Shown here piece after piece: positions 1 through 13,352 of a DNA stretch of 64,000 nt. This DNA is from the human T2T-CHM13v2.0 reference genome, Homo sapiens. Where the stretch lies: the NCBI RefSeq assembly GCF_009914755.1, contig NC_060925.1; one strand, given 5' to 3'. Made by a program: the position numbers and the translations under genes. Position 1 is the first letter of the stretch, and each line of letters begins with the position of its first letter. The notes below the pieces were generated by a model that saw nothing but the letters and a program-made list of their open reading frames with translations, did no database searches and was not told the origin of the DNA.

Positions 1-269
1 AGACACCACCCATGGTCCCTGCAGACCAGGTAGTGCTCAGAAGCATGGAGGCATCAGAGATCCCGTTCTCATCCAGGACACTACGTTGCCTGGGAGGCAC
101 CACATTGATATAAAACAACTAAGTTAGGGTAGGCATGGGAATATCAGAGACAGTTGTAGGGGGACGCTGTAAACCCATTCACGTACCGCAAGGAACACCA
201 GACCAGCTGAATTGTGGGGCCCTTTCCAGCGCTGGGCTTCTGGGATTCCTTTGAGCGCCTTCTGTGTGC

Positions 270-545
270 AATCTACTGGTCCAAACTGGCTTATGCAAAA
301 AGTTAACTTGTTGGCTCCTGTGACTTCATAGTGTAGAAGGAGAGATAGCTCTGGCCATGACTGGCTGCAGGTATGGCAACACCATCATCAGGACCTGGGT
401 TCTTTCTCCCTGTCTCTCAGCAATGCTTCCTCTCTGTGGCTTCCACTTTCAGAAAGGCTTGCCCTCATGGTGACAGAAATGGCAGCAGCTGCTCTAACTT
501 CAGGTGCAATCCAACAGAAAGTGGCCAAAGCCATGGTAGGTGGCA
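270..545. mobile_element. Old MaLR (MLT1-like) LTR fragment
   Basis: Degenerate resemblance to MLT1J/K-type LTR sequence (e.g. 'ccctcatggtgacagaaatggcagcagc'); by eye, boundaries approximate. Confidence 0.4.
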
Positions 546-797
546 CACAGTCACAAGGTAAAGTCCCACGATAGGCCGTCTGTACCTTGAGGAGCAAGGA
601 AGCCAGTGGTGGATCAGTCCAAGTCCCAAAACCTCAAAAGTAGGGAAACCGGCAGTGCAGCCTTCAGTCTTTTGCCAAAGGCCGGAGAGCCCTTGGCAAA
701 CCACCGGTGTAAGTCCAAGAATGCAAATGCTGAAGAACTTGGAGCCTGATGTTCGAGGGCAGGAAGCATCCAGCATGGGAGAAAGATGAAGGCTGAA
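546..797 (-). mobile_element. MLT2A-type (ERVL) LTR fragment
   Basis: Characteristic MLT2A text 'gtcccacgataggccgtctg...cccaaaacctcaaaagtaggg...gatgttcgagggcaggaagcatccagca'. Confidence 0.7.
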
Positions 798-2632
798 ATT
801 GTCTTCCTTCTTTATTCCTAGCCATGTCTCTGCTTTTAATTAATTGTGTATACAGCAAAGTGGATCTTTAACTAGAATAAGGAGATAATTTTTCTACTAT
901 TGATTTCTGTGCTTTTTGGTCCACTCTTCACCTAAAAATCTAGAAGACTCCCAAAGCTGAAGACCTAGTAGCATTTTTTTCTCCTTCAACTTTATTTCAA
1001 AGGCAAACACATCTCTTCTCCTATGTGAATCTGATGTTTTCAGCCGTGTCGCTGCTTTGGAGGTTTGTCAAATGCAGATCTGTGTTTGGAGGGCTCTGTT
1101 CACTGACAGGGTTGGGTAGCCCTCTTGAGAGTGAGTTAATGAGATTCGTTTTACAGGTCTATGAAAGGTGAAAATAAGTTGTTTTTCCAAATCTCCTTTC
1201 TGTTAATGATTAAGCCTAAGATATGCAGCCATAGATAGAAGGGCTAATGGTTTTATGGCAAGGGAATTTTATTCAATTAAACATTTATTGAGCACCTACT
1301 ATGTACCAGTCTTTATATTCATTGAGACCAAGAAAAGTGATACAGATTGTCTACATACTACCCAGTATTCAAACCGGTATTGATTCTGGTAAGTCTAATA
1401 GAACCCAGTGTAAATAGATTTGATTATGCTTAAATCTGGGAGGTAGAACTAGGTGAAAGGGGTGCCAGCTACTCCACTTACTAGACCTGTGACCTTAAGC
1501 AAGTTACTTAACCTCTTTGAAGTTCATCTAAAGTAGTAGTAGTAACGCCTCCCAGGCCTGGTGTGAGGAAGAAGGTAGATGGCACGGTGTCCAGGATGAT
1601 GTGGAGCGATTGTAGTCTCTATCATTATTGCCATCACCCAGCCCTCAGCAGTCAAGGGAGGCCTGAGTGAACAAGAATATAGTGTAACTCAAACAGATCT
1701 GAAGGCAGTACACGAACAATTGGGGTAAATAAGTCAACTCAGTTAAAAGGCTTGAGTTAAGGGAAAGATTAAATGGTTTTTCACTTATAGAGGGAAAAGA
1801 AATGGTCTCATCTTGAAATATATTTACCTATATTTCACTCATAGGTAAAGTATTTAGATTACTTCTGTGACCTTATTAACATGAATTTATTGAAGTACCT
1901 TTACCCCTGAGAATTAAGAGTTAGTTCCAAATGTATGGTTAAAGAACTTAGCCCTTTCAACAGAACTCTGTTTTGGTTCAGCTTTTGGAGTTCTGTTACA
2001 TGATAGTAATTGATGAATCCCTGCCTATCCTAATATCCTAATACCCTTCTGTTTAGGCAGAGAAACTGTTGCAGAAAAGGGCCTGCTTGCTTTTTCCACT
2101 GCGGAGCCCTAGGCAGCTTTAGGGGGCTGATGGAGTAACTGCTGTAGTGTTGGCACTGGTGTAGGTCCCCAGTAGGTTCTGAAAGAAAGAGCAGAGAGAG
2201 CAGGGCTGTCCATGCAGCTAACTGCCCTCTCCTGGCCCTTTCATCAGCCCACCCCTGCTTCTCTTCCCAGATGGCCACCCTAGCATCACTGTTGAGCAAC
2301 AAAGTGAACAAATGTTTTAATTTCACTGCTGAGTAGTTCTGCAGAGAGGGAGACAGCAGAGAGGATAATGAGAAGCATATCAGATGCCACCATTGACGAA
2401 AGCTTCCCTTCCCCACTGGCTCAAATGATAATGCCAGACAAATTGGATACTGAGAGATGTGGATTTGGGATATTCGGAGAGTTTCAGGTGGAAAAAAAAA
2501 AAAGCCTGGCCTAGGCTAGAATGAGATAGCTATATGCTGTATCAATTGAGATGCACAAAAGGCAGGCAGGAAGGAAAGGGAAAATAAAAAGGAAGAAACA
2601 TGTTTACTGAGGGTATTAGCAGCAAGTGGCTC

Positions 2633-3150
2633 TGTATTAGTTATCCAGTGCTGTATCACAAATTGCTCTAAAATCTAGCAACTTCAAGCAACAAACATTT
2701 ATTCCCACAGTTCCTGTGGGTCAGGAATCCAGGTAGAGCTCAACTGAATTCTCTGGCTCAGCCACTTACAGGCTGCAGTCAAGGTGTCAGCCAGGGCTAC
2801 ATCTCAAGGCTCAACTGGGGGAGTATCTTTTTCTAAGCCCACTCTCATGGCTATTGGCAGGCTTCAGAAGATCCACTTCCAAGCTTACTCCCTGACTGTT
2901 GGCTGGAGACCAGTTCTTTGCCACATGGGTGTCTCCGTAGGGCAGCTCACAACATGGCAGCTTGCATCTCACAGAGCAAGGGCAGAGAGAGAAAACACAG
3001 GCAAGATGGAAGTCAAACTAGCCTGACCTCAAAAGTAGCATCCTGTAACTTTTACCATATTCTGCTTCTTAGAAGCAAGTCACGAGGTTCAATCCAACAG
3101 CATGAATACCCAGAGTCAGGTATTAGGGTCCATTTTAGATGCTGCCTGCC
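2633..3150 (-). mobile_element. MaLR LTR (MLT1F/G-like)
   Basis: Begins 'tgtattagttatc..gctgtatcacaaat', contains 'cacagttcctgtgggtcaggaatcc' and ends near 'gctgcctgcc', typical of MLT1. Confidence 0.6.
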
Positions 3151-5195
3151 TTGGGTTCCCTACTGCTGTCAGTGAAAAGGCATTTTAAAGAGATTTCAAG
3201 TCAACTAACAAAAGCATGAAAAGTTGATTTAATTTAGCTTTCAACTGACGTCTTCATTTTTTGTTTATTATTTTTTAAATACAAGATGAGTTACCTTAGG
3301 TTCTCAGAAGTTTCTTACGCTAGTGATATGTTGATGTGGATTATTAAACTGTGTTTTGTCTATGTGTACTTTTGGAGATGACTGAAAAACACAGGAAACT
3401 TTTAAAGTTTAATTTAGCTTTATACAGACATCCTGTGCTTAGGAAGCAAGCTAAAGCAAAGCCAAGAAACACAAGGTCTAACTCGTTTATAATTTCTATT
3501 TGGGAGGAGAGGAGAAAGATAAAATCTCTCTAAATAAAAATCTTAAACATATACTTACTACCAGAATTTGTAATAACAGCTGTCTAGCTAAATTTTGCTG
3601 TGTTGATACAGTATTCATGAGCTCCTTTAGTGTGGTGGGGAGACGTGTGTGTGTAGAAAACTAACCTTTTGCTCTCTAAAGACTCTGGTGAGAAAATTTT
3701 TCTATTTTATAATCTTGACACTAAAAAACATCAAAGGTAGATTGTAGTTTTGTCAAGTAGAAACATAAAGCCTATACATATGACTGTACACGTGAAATTC
3801 AGTTTTGGTTACCAGATTTTTTCAAGTAAATTCATTATTGCTAAAGCAGAAATGTGAACCTTACCTTCCAATTGACCTTCCTCGCATTTGCGTGAGAGAT
3901 GTTCTGTCAAACCAAAGAAAGGAATGCTAATTTTGTTTATTTTACCACTGGGGTTGTTGATGTCTTAGAAGCATCTAGAAGAGTCAAGATGATGAGTTTG
4001 GTTTTATATGCGCCCCTGAGACCTCTGGAGGACAAGGTGTGTCCAGCAGAATCTGTGTGGCAGCTCTGGATTGAAATAGTGCAGGGTTAGAGCTGCTTTT
4101 CAGAGAAGTTTGCATAAAGGTGATAGTTAAAGCTATACATGTGAGAGCTTTTCAAAAGGGAGCATATAAAAGGAGAAAAAAATAAAAGATTGAGACCAGT
4201 CGTAGGTGCTGTTAATGGTTATGGATTTGGAAGAAGAACCAGTGGGAAAGGCTGAAAAGGAGTGGTCAGGAAGGCAAGTTCTTATCCCACATACTTCAGT
4301 GCTGCTGAAATCGGAAGAGAATTGTGATACAGAGGCACTGCCAAGTGCCACCGAAAGGTCAAGTGGCACAAAGCCAGAGGCAAGGCTTGTTGTATAAACG
4401 TTGGTTAGGGGAAGAATCTGTGAAGCCCCTTCAGGCTGAAAGCAGTCATTCACACGGGGTAATTAACATGTGAGTCATATGTTCTTACAGCTGGCAACTA
4501 CAAGCCAACACACTGTTAGCCTTAATTGTTACAGACTATATCTAAAATTAATAAGGCCCGTGTCTTTTTAAGTAGTCTGTCATTTATAATGTAAATGATT
4601 TAAGGTATTCTTTTTTCCTAAATTGTGAGATTTTAATTGCATTCTCAAATAATAAAATGACAGTTCATTAAATTTAAATTCAGACATCCCTGCCCATGAA
4701 ATACTTAAAATGCCAGATTCAGAAAGGTATAATTAGGTAAGAAGTGCATTAAGTTTATTAAAAATTCACTGAGCCCCTACTGTGTGCCAGGCTATGCTAT
4801 TTGCTGCGGATACAGAGCCCTAGAAAGCATAATTCCTGTCTTCAAGAAGTCTAGTAGGAGAAAAAAAAAATTATAATATAGTGTGACAAATGTCAAATTA
4901 AAAGCAGTGAAGAGGAGGTAGGGCCTGTGGCCAGGAAAGGCCTCCCAGCAGAGGTAACCCCTGAGCAAGGTTAGAGCATGGAGTCGTGGAATTGGAGTCC
5001 TCCAGAAGACAGGGGCAGGAGCATGGGACCGCAGGGCTTGTTGGAACTGCTGCTGGGGAAGAAAGTGCAGTGGGTGAGGAGCTTCAGGAGAAGCTGGCGG
5101 GAATCAAACTGTTGAGGACCTTGTTTGCCAAATGCAAGGAGCGGATGGTTCTTGTGGTTCGCTAATCTATCTTTCTGGGTACTTTTGTTCCATAG

Positions 5196-5388
5196 ATGAT
5201 AGTGAAATGTTTCGAGGGTGAAGGAGGACATTCAGCATTCCAGAGAATCCTGGGTAAAGTAAGAGAGGAAAGCCTGGATGTTCAAACTGTTGTGTCCCTG
5301 TTGAGGCTGTACCAATATTCTAATCCTGCAGTAAAAACAGCACTATTAGACAGGAAGCCAGAAGATGTAGACACAGTGCAGCCAAAAG
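5196..5388 (+). CDS. ZBTB40: ZBTB40 coding exon (exon 4), 193 nt, phase 0->1; MIVKCFEG...DTVQPK
   Basis: ttccatag| acceptor and G|gtagga donor; peptide recognised as ZBTB40; splices in frame to the next exon. Confidence 0.95.
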
Positions 5389-6002
5389 GTAGGAGAAGAT
5401 CCTATGCATTGGAATGGCAGGGTTTTATTTTGGGATGATGCTATGAAGTTTGTTCCAATGACATGTTTCTTTGGTGGCTTAGTTATTAAGTGGTTTTCAC
5501 ATAAGTTTCACATGTAAATTCCAGAAGCTGCATGTTAAATATACACCAACTAAATTTGAGTCTCCATTTCTATCCCACAGTTAACTAGTCTGACACCTTG
5601 AAGTTGGAGAATATCATCAATGTTCTCCTGCCCGTCAAAAAGCCACACATCCAAATCAATGACTTGAGTACCCAGGTTGGACTGGTTCGCTGACAGCACT
5701 TTAAGGCTGAAGTTTCTCTCATTTGGGTTAGGTACAAAGCAGTGGCCTTGCCAACCAGAAGTTAACCTCTGGCTGGCTCTGCAGCTTTGTGTTTCGACAG
5801 ATAAATGAAACATTTTTCCTTTCATAGAGTTTAAACAGAATAATAAAGTATTTTCCTCTGTAAAAGCGATTCTGCATTCAGGTGCTCAGAATAAGCTGAA
5901 AATCACTTTACTATTCTGTTAGATCTCTCTTGACAAACCATGCTGTCATTTTCTTCAAATTGACTAGCTTCTCTTGTGTGTCTCTAACTCTTTCTCCCCC
6001 AG

Positions 6003-6145
6003 GGAGCACAGAGGAGGGAAAGACCTTGTCTGTTCTGTTACTAGAACACAAAGAGGACCTGATACAGTGTGTAACACAGCTGAGACCTATTATGGAGTCC
6101 CTGGAAACAGCCAAGGAGGAATTCCTGACTGGCACTGAAAAAAGG
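6003..6145 (+). CDS. ZBTB40: ZBTB40 coding exon (exon 5), 143 nt, phase 1->0; (G)STEEGK...GTEKR
   Basis: Polypyrimidine + cccag| acceptor, AGG|gtaact donor; frame continuous. Confidence 0.95.
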
Positions 6146-6350
6146 GTAACTGTGTCAAGTGTCTCCTCCCTCCTCCTGAATTCATATAGCACTTAAAAAA
6201 ATGCTTTTGTGGCACATAGCACTTTATACTTTGCAGTATTTTAATACATACTGCATAGTAAGCATCTCGAAGTCAAGGTGCTTGTTTCATATCCTGTTGC
6301 ATTCCTCGCGGTAGCTTGCTGAGGGCCTTGCACATGGAGCCATAAGGAAA

Positions 6351-6460
6351 ATGGATGGATGGATGGATGGATGTGTGGGTGGGTGGATGGATGGATGGGT
6401 GGACAGTTGGACAGATGGATGGATGGACGGACGGACGGATGGACCGATGGACAGATGGAT
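6351..6460 (+). repeat. (GGAT)n/(GGAC)n compound tetranucleotide repeat
   Basis: Directly visible atggatggat...ggacggacggatgg array. Confidence 0.9.
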
Positions 6461-6539
6461 ATATGCTATTCCTGCTCTGACTCAGTTTTTACTGTAAACA
6501 ACTGTATCCAGAATTAAAATGTTAAGGAAATTTTGTAAT

Positions 6540-7020
6540 TATTATGACACCTTTCCTCTTTATAGAAATGTACTGTACATTTGGAATATGTAGAAAATGG
6601 GGAAAGCAATCAAAAAGAAAAAATTCAGATTTCTCCACTCAGAGATGACACTGCTAACAGGCTGAAGCATGTGTTCCCCTCTTTCTCATTTGAGTCATCC
6701 CAGGATGAGGTTATATAGAACATATGGTTTTCTAACTTGACTTTTTACCTAATATCTTAATACATGTCTATACCTATAATATGGATTTCGTTTCTTTATC
6801 ATTGAGCATTAGTATCCTTTTTTTTTTTGCTATTAAAAGTGATGTTGTGAAGAACATTCTTGCACATAAATCTTTCCATACCTCTGAAATTATTCCCTTA
6901 CTATAATTTCTAAGAAGTGGAATTTTGGAATCAAGAGTATAAAAATTTTCAAGCGTTTGATATATATTGCCAAATTGCCCTTCAGGAAGGTTGTACCAAT
7001 TTACTCTCCCACCAGCTAGC
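6540..7020 (-). mobile_element. Ancient L1M (L1ME-like) 3' fragment
   Basis: 'ttgatatatattgccaaattgcccttcaggaaggttgtaccaatttactctcccaccagc' is typical old L1M antisense text. Confidence 0.55.
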
Positions 7021-8059
7021 TGCTAAAATCCTCATAAAACTGCTGGCATGACTTCTCAAGGCAACTAGATAACTATGTTTGTTGGTGTTATTGATTTCAA
7101 CTTTGTGCTAAAAATACTTTTATATCTGGAAGGAAGGAATAGGGATAGAGTACTTTTGTGGCATCAATTCCTAAAACCGTGGGAAGCGACTTAAGTGTTC
7201 AGGAGAGAAAACGTTTAGAAGCCACTGATATAATGGCTAAGCCCTGAATTTACAGTGAGGACTAGATCCTCGATTTTATTTTTCTCAGTGATCTTATGTT
7301 GCACATGTGCGCACGCACACACACACACACACACAATGGAAACAACCTTTAATCTCAGAATTACATTTTGTGATTTAATTGTTTTTAAATTTTTAAGTCC
7401 TTTGAACTTCTTAGAGAAAGAAAATATACAAAGATTAAACTTCTGTTTTTTTTCTCCTTAGTCTTCAAATTAAGTGTAATTTCAGGCACTCAATTTAAGT
7501 AAGTTGCTTATAGCTCTAAAAGTTCCTGATTCCCTCTTTAGTGATTTCATTCGATTACTCATTCAGACCTTTTTCTTTTTAGCTAGATTGAATGTGTCCT
7601 TTGAACTGTTTCATTATCTTGGTAAAACAGCATTTATAGATAGAGTCCAAACTCAGCTTCATTCTCTGCAGCAAGATAGACCACACTGTCATTTTCTTCT
7701 GTCACTTTCAGTTTACTTGACAGAGAAAGCTGAAGCAGAAGAGCTTAAATTAGTTATAAATCACAAAAACACTTCTTAAGATTGGGGTTCCACCAGAGCT
7801 TCTTTAAGTGATTCCTTCTCATGAAAGTTGAAGCAGACTAAGAAAGTGGGAGTGGAGAGGTGAATGTTGATTGAATAGCCACAGTATTTTGACATCGTGT
7901 GGAATGTGTACCCAGGCCTTTTCAAACTTTTTTTCTGGTTAGAAACTATGCTAATAATGGATGCCATGGCCTTTATAAATATGTTGGGTTTTGTAAGAAG
8001 CAGTAACCAGGAACATATTTACATGAGGACTGGAAACAGAAAAAAAAGGTAATTACTAT

Positions 8060-8550
8060 AGCTGTCATTTATTTATTGCTTACTGTGTGCCAGGCAGTGT
8101 GCTGAGGACTTTTTAAACATTATTAAGTTTTGCCCTCATAGCAACTTTATGACATCATGGATATTACTCTTATTTTAAAGATGAAGAAACAGAGCATAGG
8201 GAGGTGAAGCAGCTCACCCAAAGACACAGCTGTTTGGGGCTGGTAATAAGAATTAGACTTCTAATCCAAGCACATTCTCTTAACCCCTATGAGTACTTCT
8301 CCCTAATCATATCAATAACATAGTCATTTCTTAAAGATCACATGTGTCCTAGGAGTTAGGCAAGGCCCTATGAACAGCACCTTCATTTTACAGTAACAAC
8401 TGTGCAAGAGTTGGTATTATCTTCTTTTGCAAGTGAGGAAAATAAGGCTTGAAGAATTAAATAACTTGCCCAAGGTCACACAGGCAATAAATATTAGAAC
8501 TGCAATTTGAACTAGGTCTGTCTGGCTTTAAAGCCTATGCTTACTCTTAC
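8060..8550 (-). mobile_element. Two MIR SINE remnants
   Basis: MIR core motifs 'attttaaagatgaagaaacagag' and 'gtgaggaaaataaggctt...taacttgcccaaggtcacacag'. Confidence 0.65.
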
Positions 8551-9752
8551 CAGTATCTGGCTGCCTCTTTGTATATCAGATTATTGCTTAGGAACCAAGA
8601 TTTAGCTCTGAAATCAGTATGGTGTTTAGATACAAGCTCTTAATTTTTAAATTATGATTTATTTAGTAGAAATCTATATATTAGACCTTAAAGAGAATGA
8701 CTATGTTCTGTACTGACAAAGAATATGACAGCTTGATTTATTATGTATATATTCCTTTCATATATATAAAACCAATTTGGTTTTAAAGCTAAAATCATTA
8801 TTTTAAAATGGAAGTTAATTTGATAATGGCAGCCTCTGGCATACTACCATGACTAGGAGCTGGCATTTTCCCAAAGGAAAGCTCAAAATTCAGTTCCTGT
8901 GAATCTGTAGATTACATGTATTGAAATAATCCCCTGCTTTATCAGTTCCATAAGAGCTAAGCTATGCATATTATGCTGTAGTCCATTAAGAAATAGTTCT
9001 ATTGTAATATTAAAATATCTGTAAAATATCTGTCACATGTTTTAGTTTCATCCTTTTGCTAGAGTTCTGTGCCCTTTTGACTCAAAATCCTCTAGCACAC
9101 CAAGGAAGGACAAAGGAGTGGAATTGCTGAATTATGACTGGAGCTGATGTATGTGGCTGTTGAGAATCAGAGGAATGGATAATAAGGAATCCACAAGAAA
9201 AATAATCCAGAAAGGCACTTTAAATCTAATATTTTGGAGTCCACAGACTAATTATACAAATTATCTGAGTATTCAGATTACTATGCAAGTAAAGTAAAAC
9301 AATGGAATTATAACCTATGCTAATATTATGAACTTTACTGAAAAAAGACCAAAAAAATTAAACTATATTAATTATCAATCTGTGTTTCTCAATCTTAGCG
9401 TCCAGACAAGCCACATCTAAAGAACCAGGTTAGAGGTAGGCTACTTGCTGTATCATATAGGCCTAGTTTAGGAATGTTTTCACAAAATGCAAGCTGTTGG
9501 AGGCAGAGCAGATACACAGACCTGCAATTGAGAAAGAAAGATTTTCACAGTTATTTGTTTGGAAAATATTTAAGATTTTTATTGAAACAGAATAAGGAAG
9601 AAACTATGAAAAAAAGTAATGCTAGAGACCAACAGAAGAGGACTTGGAGATCAGGCATCTTGTGATGCTATCTTGCTAGGTTTTCCAGTAGTGTGTCAGA
9701 TAAATGTTGAATTGCCAGTAACTGGTGTCTGGTTGATTGCTTGCCACTGCAG

Positions 9753-9945
9753 GTGATTCTGAATTGCTGTGAGGGCAGAACACCCAAGGAGACAATAGAA
9801 AATTTGTTGCACAGAATGACTGAAGAGAAGACGCTGACTGCTGAGGGTTTGGTAAAACTCCTCCAGGCTGTGAAGACGACTTTCCCAAACCTGGGCCTTC
9901 TGCTAGAGAAGTTGCAGAAATCAGCCACTTTGCCAAGCACCACAG
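9753..9945 (+). CDS. ZBTB40: ZBTB40 coding exon (exon 6), 193 nt, phase 0->1; VILNCCEG...LPSTT
   Basis: ctgcag| acceptor, ACAG|gtatta donor; frame continuous. Confidence 0.95.
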
Positions 9946-11704
9946 GTATTAGTAAATTGTTGACTCTCTGGACTGGAACCACTCTTCCAGAAAATTGTAG
10001 CTTGAAACACCCTTTTGGCTCCATGCTGGGGAGATAAGATTATGTTAAGAAATGTCATTGCAGAATAGAAACTAGCCGTCATAAATCGATAATTCTCGAT
10101 CTCTCTGGAGTTAAGGTCTGAAATCTGAGAGTGACTCTTCTCGGTTAAGCTCCCTCATGGTGTTCCTGTGGCTCAGGATTTATTAACGTGTGGCTTTCCC
10201 AGGGCTGTCCAGGATCACCTGTGAAAGCCAGAGGAGCAAATGTGCTCATAAGGCTTAGCACTGTGTCAGCCATATTCGCAAATAGGAGCAGCAAAGCCTC
10301 AAATCTCCATTGCCCCATTTCCACTAGAGTGCTGTTTGCTTCCAGCAGTCCCCAGAACTCATTATTCTGGTGTCCGTTCAGCTTGGGGAAATGAGTCCAT
10401 ATCCTATTTCTTAGAAAGACAATCCAGCTCAAGCCAACTCTTCCCTGTCCCAGAGCATTTAGGACTCAGATGGTTTTCAGAAAAAGGATATTTGTTCCTA
10501 GCCTATAAAAGTAGTATGTACTTACACAAGCTTGGACAATTCCAAATATAAGGAAGAAAACCATTTAAAATCCTACCACTCAAGCATGCCAATATTAACA
10601 CCTTGACATGTTTTATCTATCACTTTTATAATATTGAGATACTTTCATATTGTATAATTTTATGGTTTCCCCATGTAACATTGCAGCAGCCTTCTCCACA
10701 GTTCAGAAAAACTCCCCACAATCCTAGTTTTTGAAGGCTGTGTAGTTTTCCATCATAAGGATGTATATGGTGTATTATTCATGCCCTTATTTCAGAGCGG
10801 ATGTAGCATAATGGTTAGGACTGTAGGCATTGGTGTCAAGACTACCTGGGGCCGCACCCTCACTGCACCATTCTGTAGCTGTAATACCCTGAGCAAGTGA
10901 CTTAATCTTTCTGAACCTCATTTGCTCTGTGAAATGAGGTAAGGGTGGTACCTATCACATTCGTTTTTGTGTGGCTAGTATAATACATGTAAAACATTTA
11001 GCACTGTGCCCGGCACATGGGCATTCAGTAAATATTAGTTGCTGTCTTCACTGTCATCATCGGCAAAGATTATGCTTTGATAGTTGTCTTTGTACATAGA
11101 CAAAGACCTTCAGATAATTTCTTAAGGTTGGATTTCCAGAAGTGGAGTTACTGAGCTAAAGAAAAGGGTACATTTTTAATTATCTGCAAAGCTAAGAGAA
11201 ATGCCTGATAGTTTCAATTTTTCTTAACTTCCAAGTAAATATGACCTCTTAAAAGAGAGAACCTAACAAATTGGCCCAAAGGGCACCTAAATAGAAAAAC
11301 CACGGGTCAGCTTCACACGCACAGCCTTGATTCGTGCTCGTCTTTAGGATCGCCACACGGATCCTCTACCTCAGGCTTGACAAACACCCCCCCTTGAACC
11401 TGCACATCTGAGTCTCTTACAAGTACAGCCTTCTAATTACCCCCCTGGTGAGCAATTGCTAGCTCCTACCACCAGGCACTGACTTTCAAAGCGTTAACGG
11501 CTTTATGACCCTGAAGCGCCAAGCGATTAAGTGTAGGCAGAGGAGCTCTGAACATATGTGTATGAGGCCCCAAGCCAGGGCTCTGCAGAGGACACTGAGC
11601 CCTTGTGCTGATTGCTCTCTTCCTCTCTCATTGGTAATATCCTGGAGTCTTCTGTAGGAGGTTTTGTTGCATCAAACATTATTGTTTTGCTAATATCCTT
11701 ACAG

Positions 11705-11841
11705 TCCAACCAAGCCCTGATGATTATGGGACTGAGCTATTGAGACGCTATCATGAAAACCTCTCTGAGATTTTCACAGACAACCAGATTTTATTAAAGA
11801 TGATCTCACACATGACAAGTTTAGCCCCTGGAGAAAGAGAG
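11705..11841 (+). CDS. ZBTB40: ZBTB40 coding exon (exon 7), 137 nt, phase 1->0; (V)QPSPDDYG...APGERE (absent from ORF track)
   Basis: ccttacag| acceptor, GAG|gtaaga donor; open frame bridging the exons at 9753 and 12234. Confidence 0.93.
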
Positions 11842-12233
11842 GTAAGAGAGGGAGAGAAACAGAGGGAGGGGAGGGTAAAATGAGAAAGAAGGAAAAAATA
11901 TGAATACACACACACATTTATATTTTCTGTAAATATACATATGTAGCCATGTTGAGAATTGCTAAGTAGAGGAGAAATAGAAGGTATCTCAGTTTCTAAG
12001 GTGGAATAACAAATAGAATAGTTCTAATTTCTGTGGTAATAAGGAAAGGCATTCAAAAGGAGAAATGAAGAACTTTGTCATGTATAAGAAATCTCTCAGA
12101 CTGAGAGGTGAGGATGTTGAAAAACTCCTTCCCCAAACATATTCACTGTAACCCAATATCTAGACTTGCAGCTCTGCAGCTGGGCTAGTGGCTGGAGAGT
12201 CTCTTACGTGAGTGTTTGTGTTACATCTTGAAG

Positions 12234-12435
12234 GTCATGGAGAAGCTTGTGAAACGTGACTCTGGTTCAGGTGGTTTCAATTCTCTGATATCAGCAGTTC
12301 TAGAAAAGCAGACTCTCTCTGCCACAGCCATTTGGCAACTGCTGCTGGTGGTTCAGGAGACAAAGACCTGTCCATTGGACCTGCTCATGGAGGAAATACG
12401 AAGGGAGCCTGGTGCCGATGCTTTCTTCCGGGCAG
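12234..12435 (+). CDS. ZBTB40: ZBTB40 coding exon (exon 8), 202 nt, phase 0->1; VMEKLVKR...DAFFRA
   Basis: ttgaag| acceptor, GCAG|gtaagt donor; frame continuous. Confidence 0.94.
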
Positions 12436-12803
12436 GTAAGTTACCTGCCCTCTGGGGGGGTTTTGCCCCCACTAGAGATGACTGTCAGTCTTCCTAGAAA
12501 ATAGGAAGAGCTCTCTTAACGGTAGTCACCTACATCCCTACTATTAGAAGTAAGGACTGGCAGTTTTGTTCAAGGACACAAGAGTTTGTAAACCTTTTAA
12601 AAAATAGATCCAGTAATTATCTTAAGCTTACATTCATTATTATACTCTGATTACAGTGCTATTTGCCGTTTTCCCCACTGCCAACCTCAGATAGGAGATA
12701 GGGGAAATGCATTTTCATTATGAAGAGTTGAGTGGAGGAAGGGTGTAGGAAAAAATGGTGCTCATTGTTTGCCTAATGAGTTTTTGATCCCCCTTTTTTT
12801 CAG

Positions 12804-12937
12804 TGACCACCCCAGAACATGCCACTTTAGAAACAATCCTGAGGCATAACCAGTTGATCTTGGAGGCCATCCAACAGAAGATTGAGTACAAGCTCTTTAC
12901 CTCGGAGGAGGAGCACCTGGCAGAGACTGTGAAAGAG
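12804..12937 (+). CDS. ZBTB40: ZBTB40 coding exon (exon 9), 134 nt, phase 1->0; (V)TTPEHATLE...AETVKE (absent from ORF track)
   Basis: tttttttcag| acceptor, GAG|gtgtgg donor; open frame. Confidence 0.93.
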
Positions 12938-12952
12938 GTGTGGTGGGAATAA

Positions 12953-13352
<400 letters not shown>

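Noticed and set aside
1-5195. BTB/POZ-coding exons of ZBTB40
   Set aside because: No BTB-like peptide recognised; this is intronic sequence and the BTB exons must lie upstream
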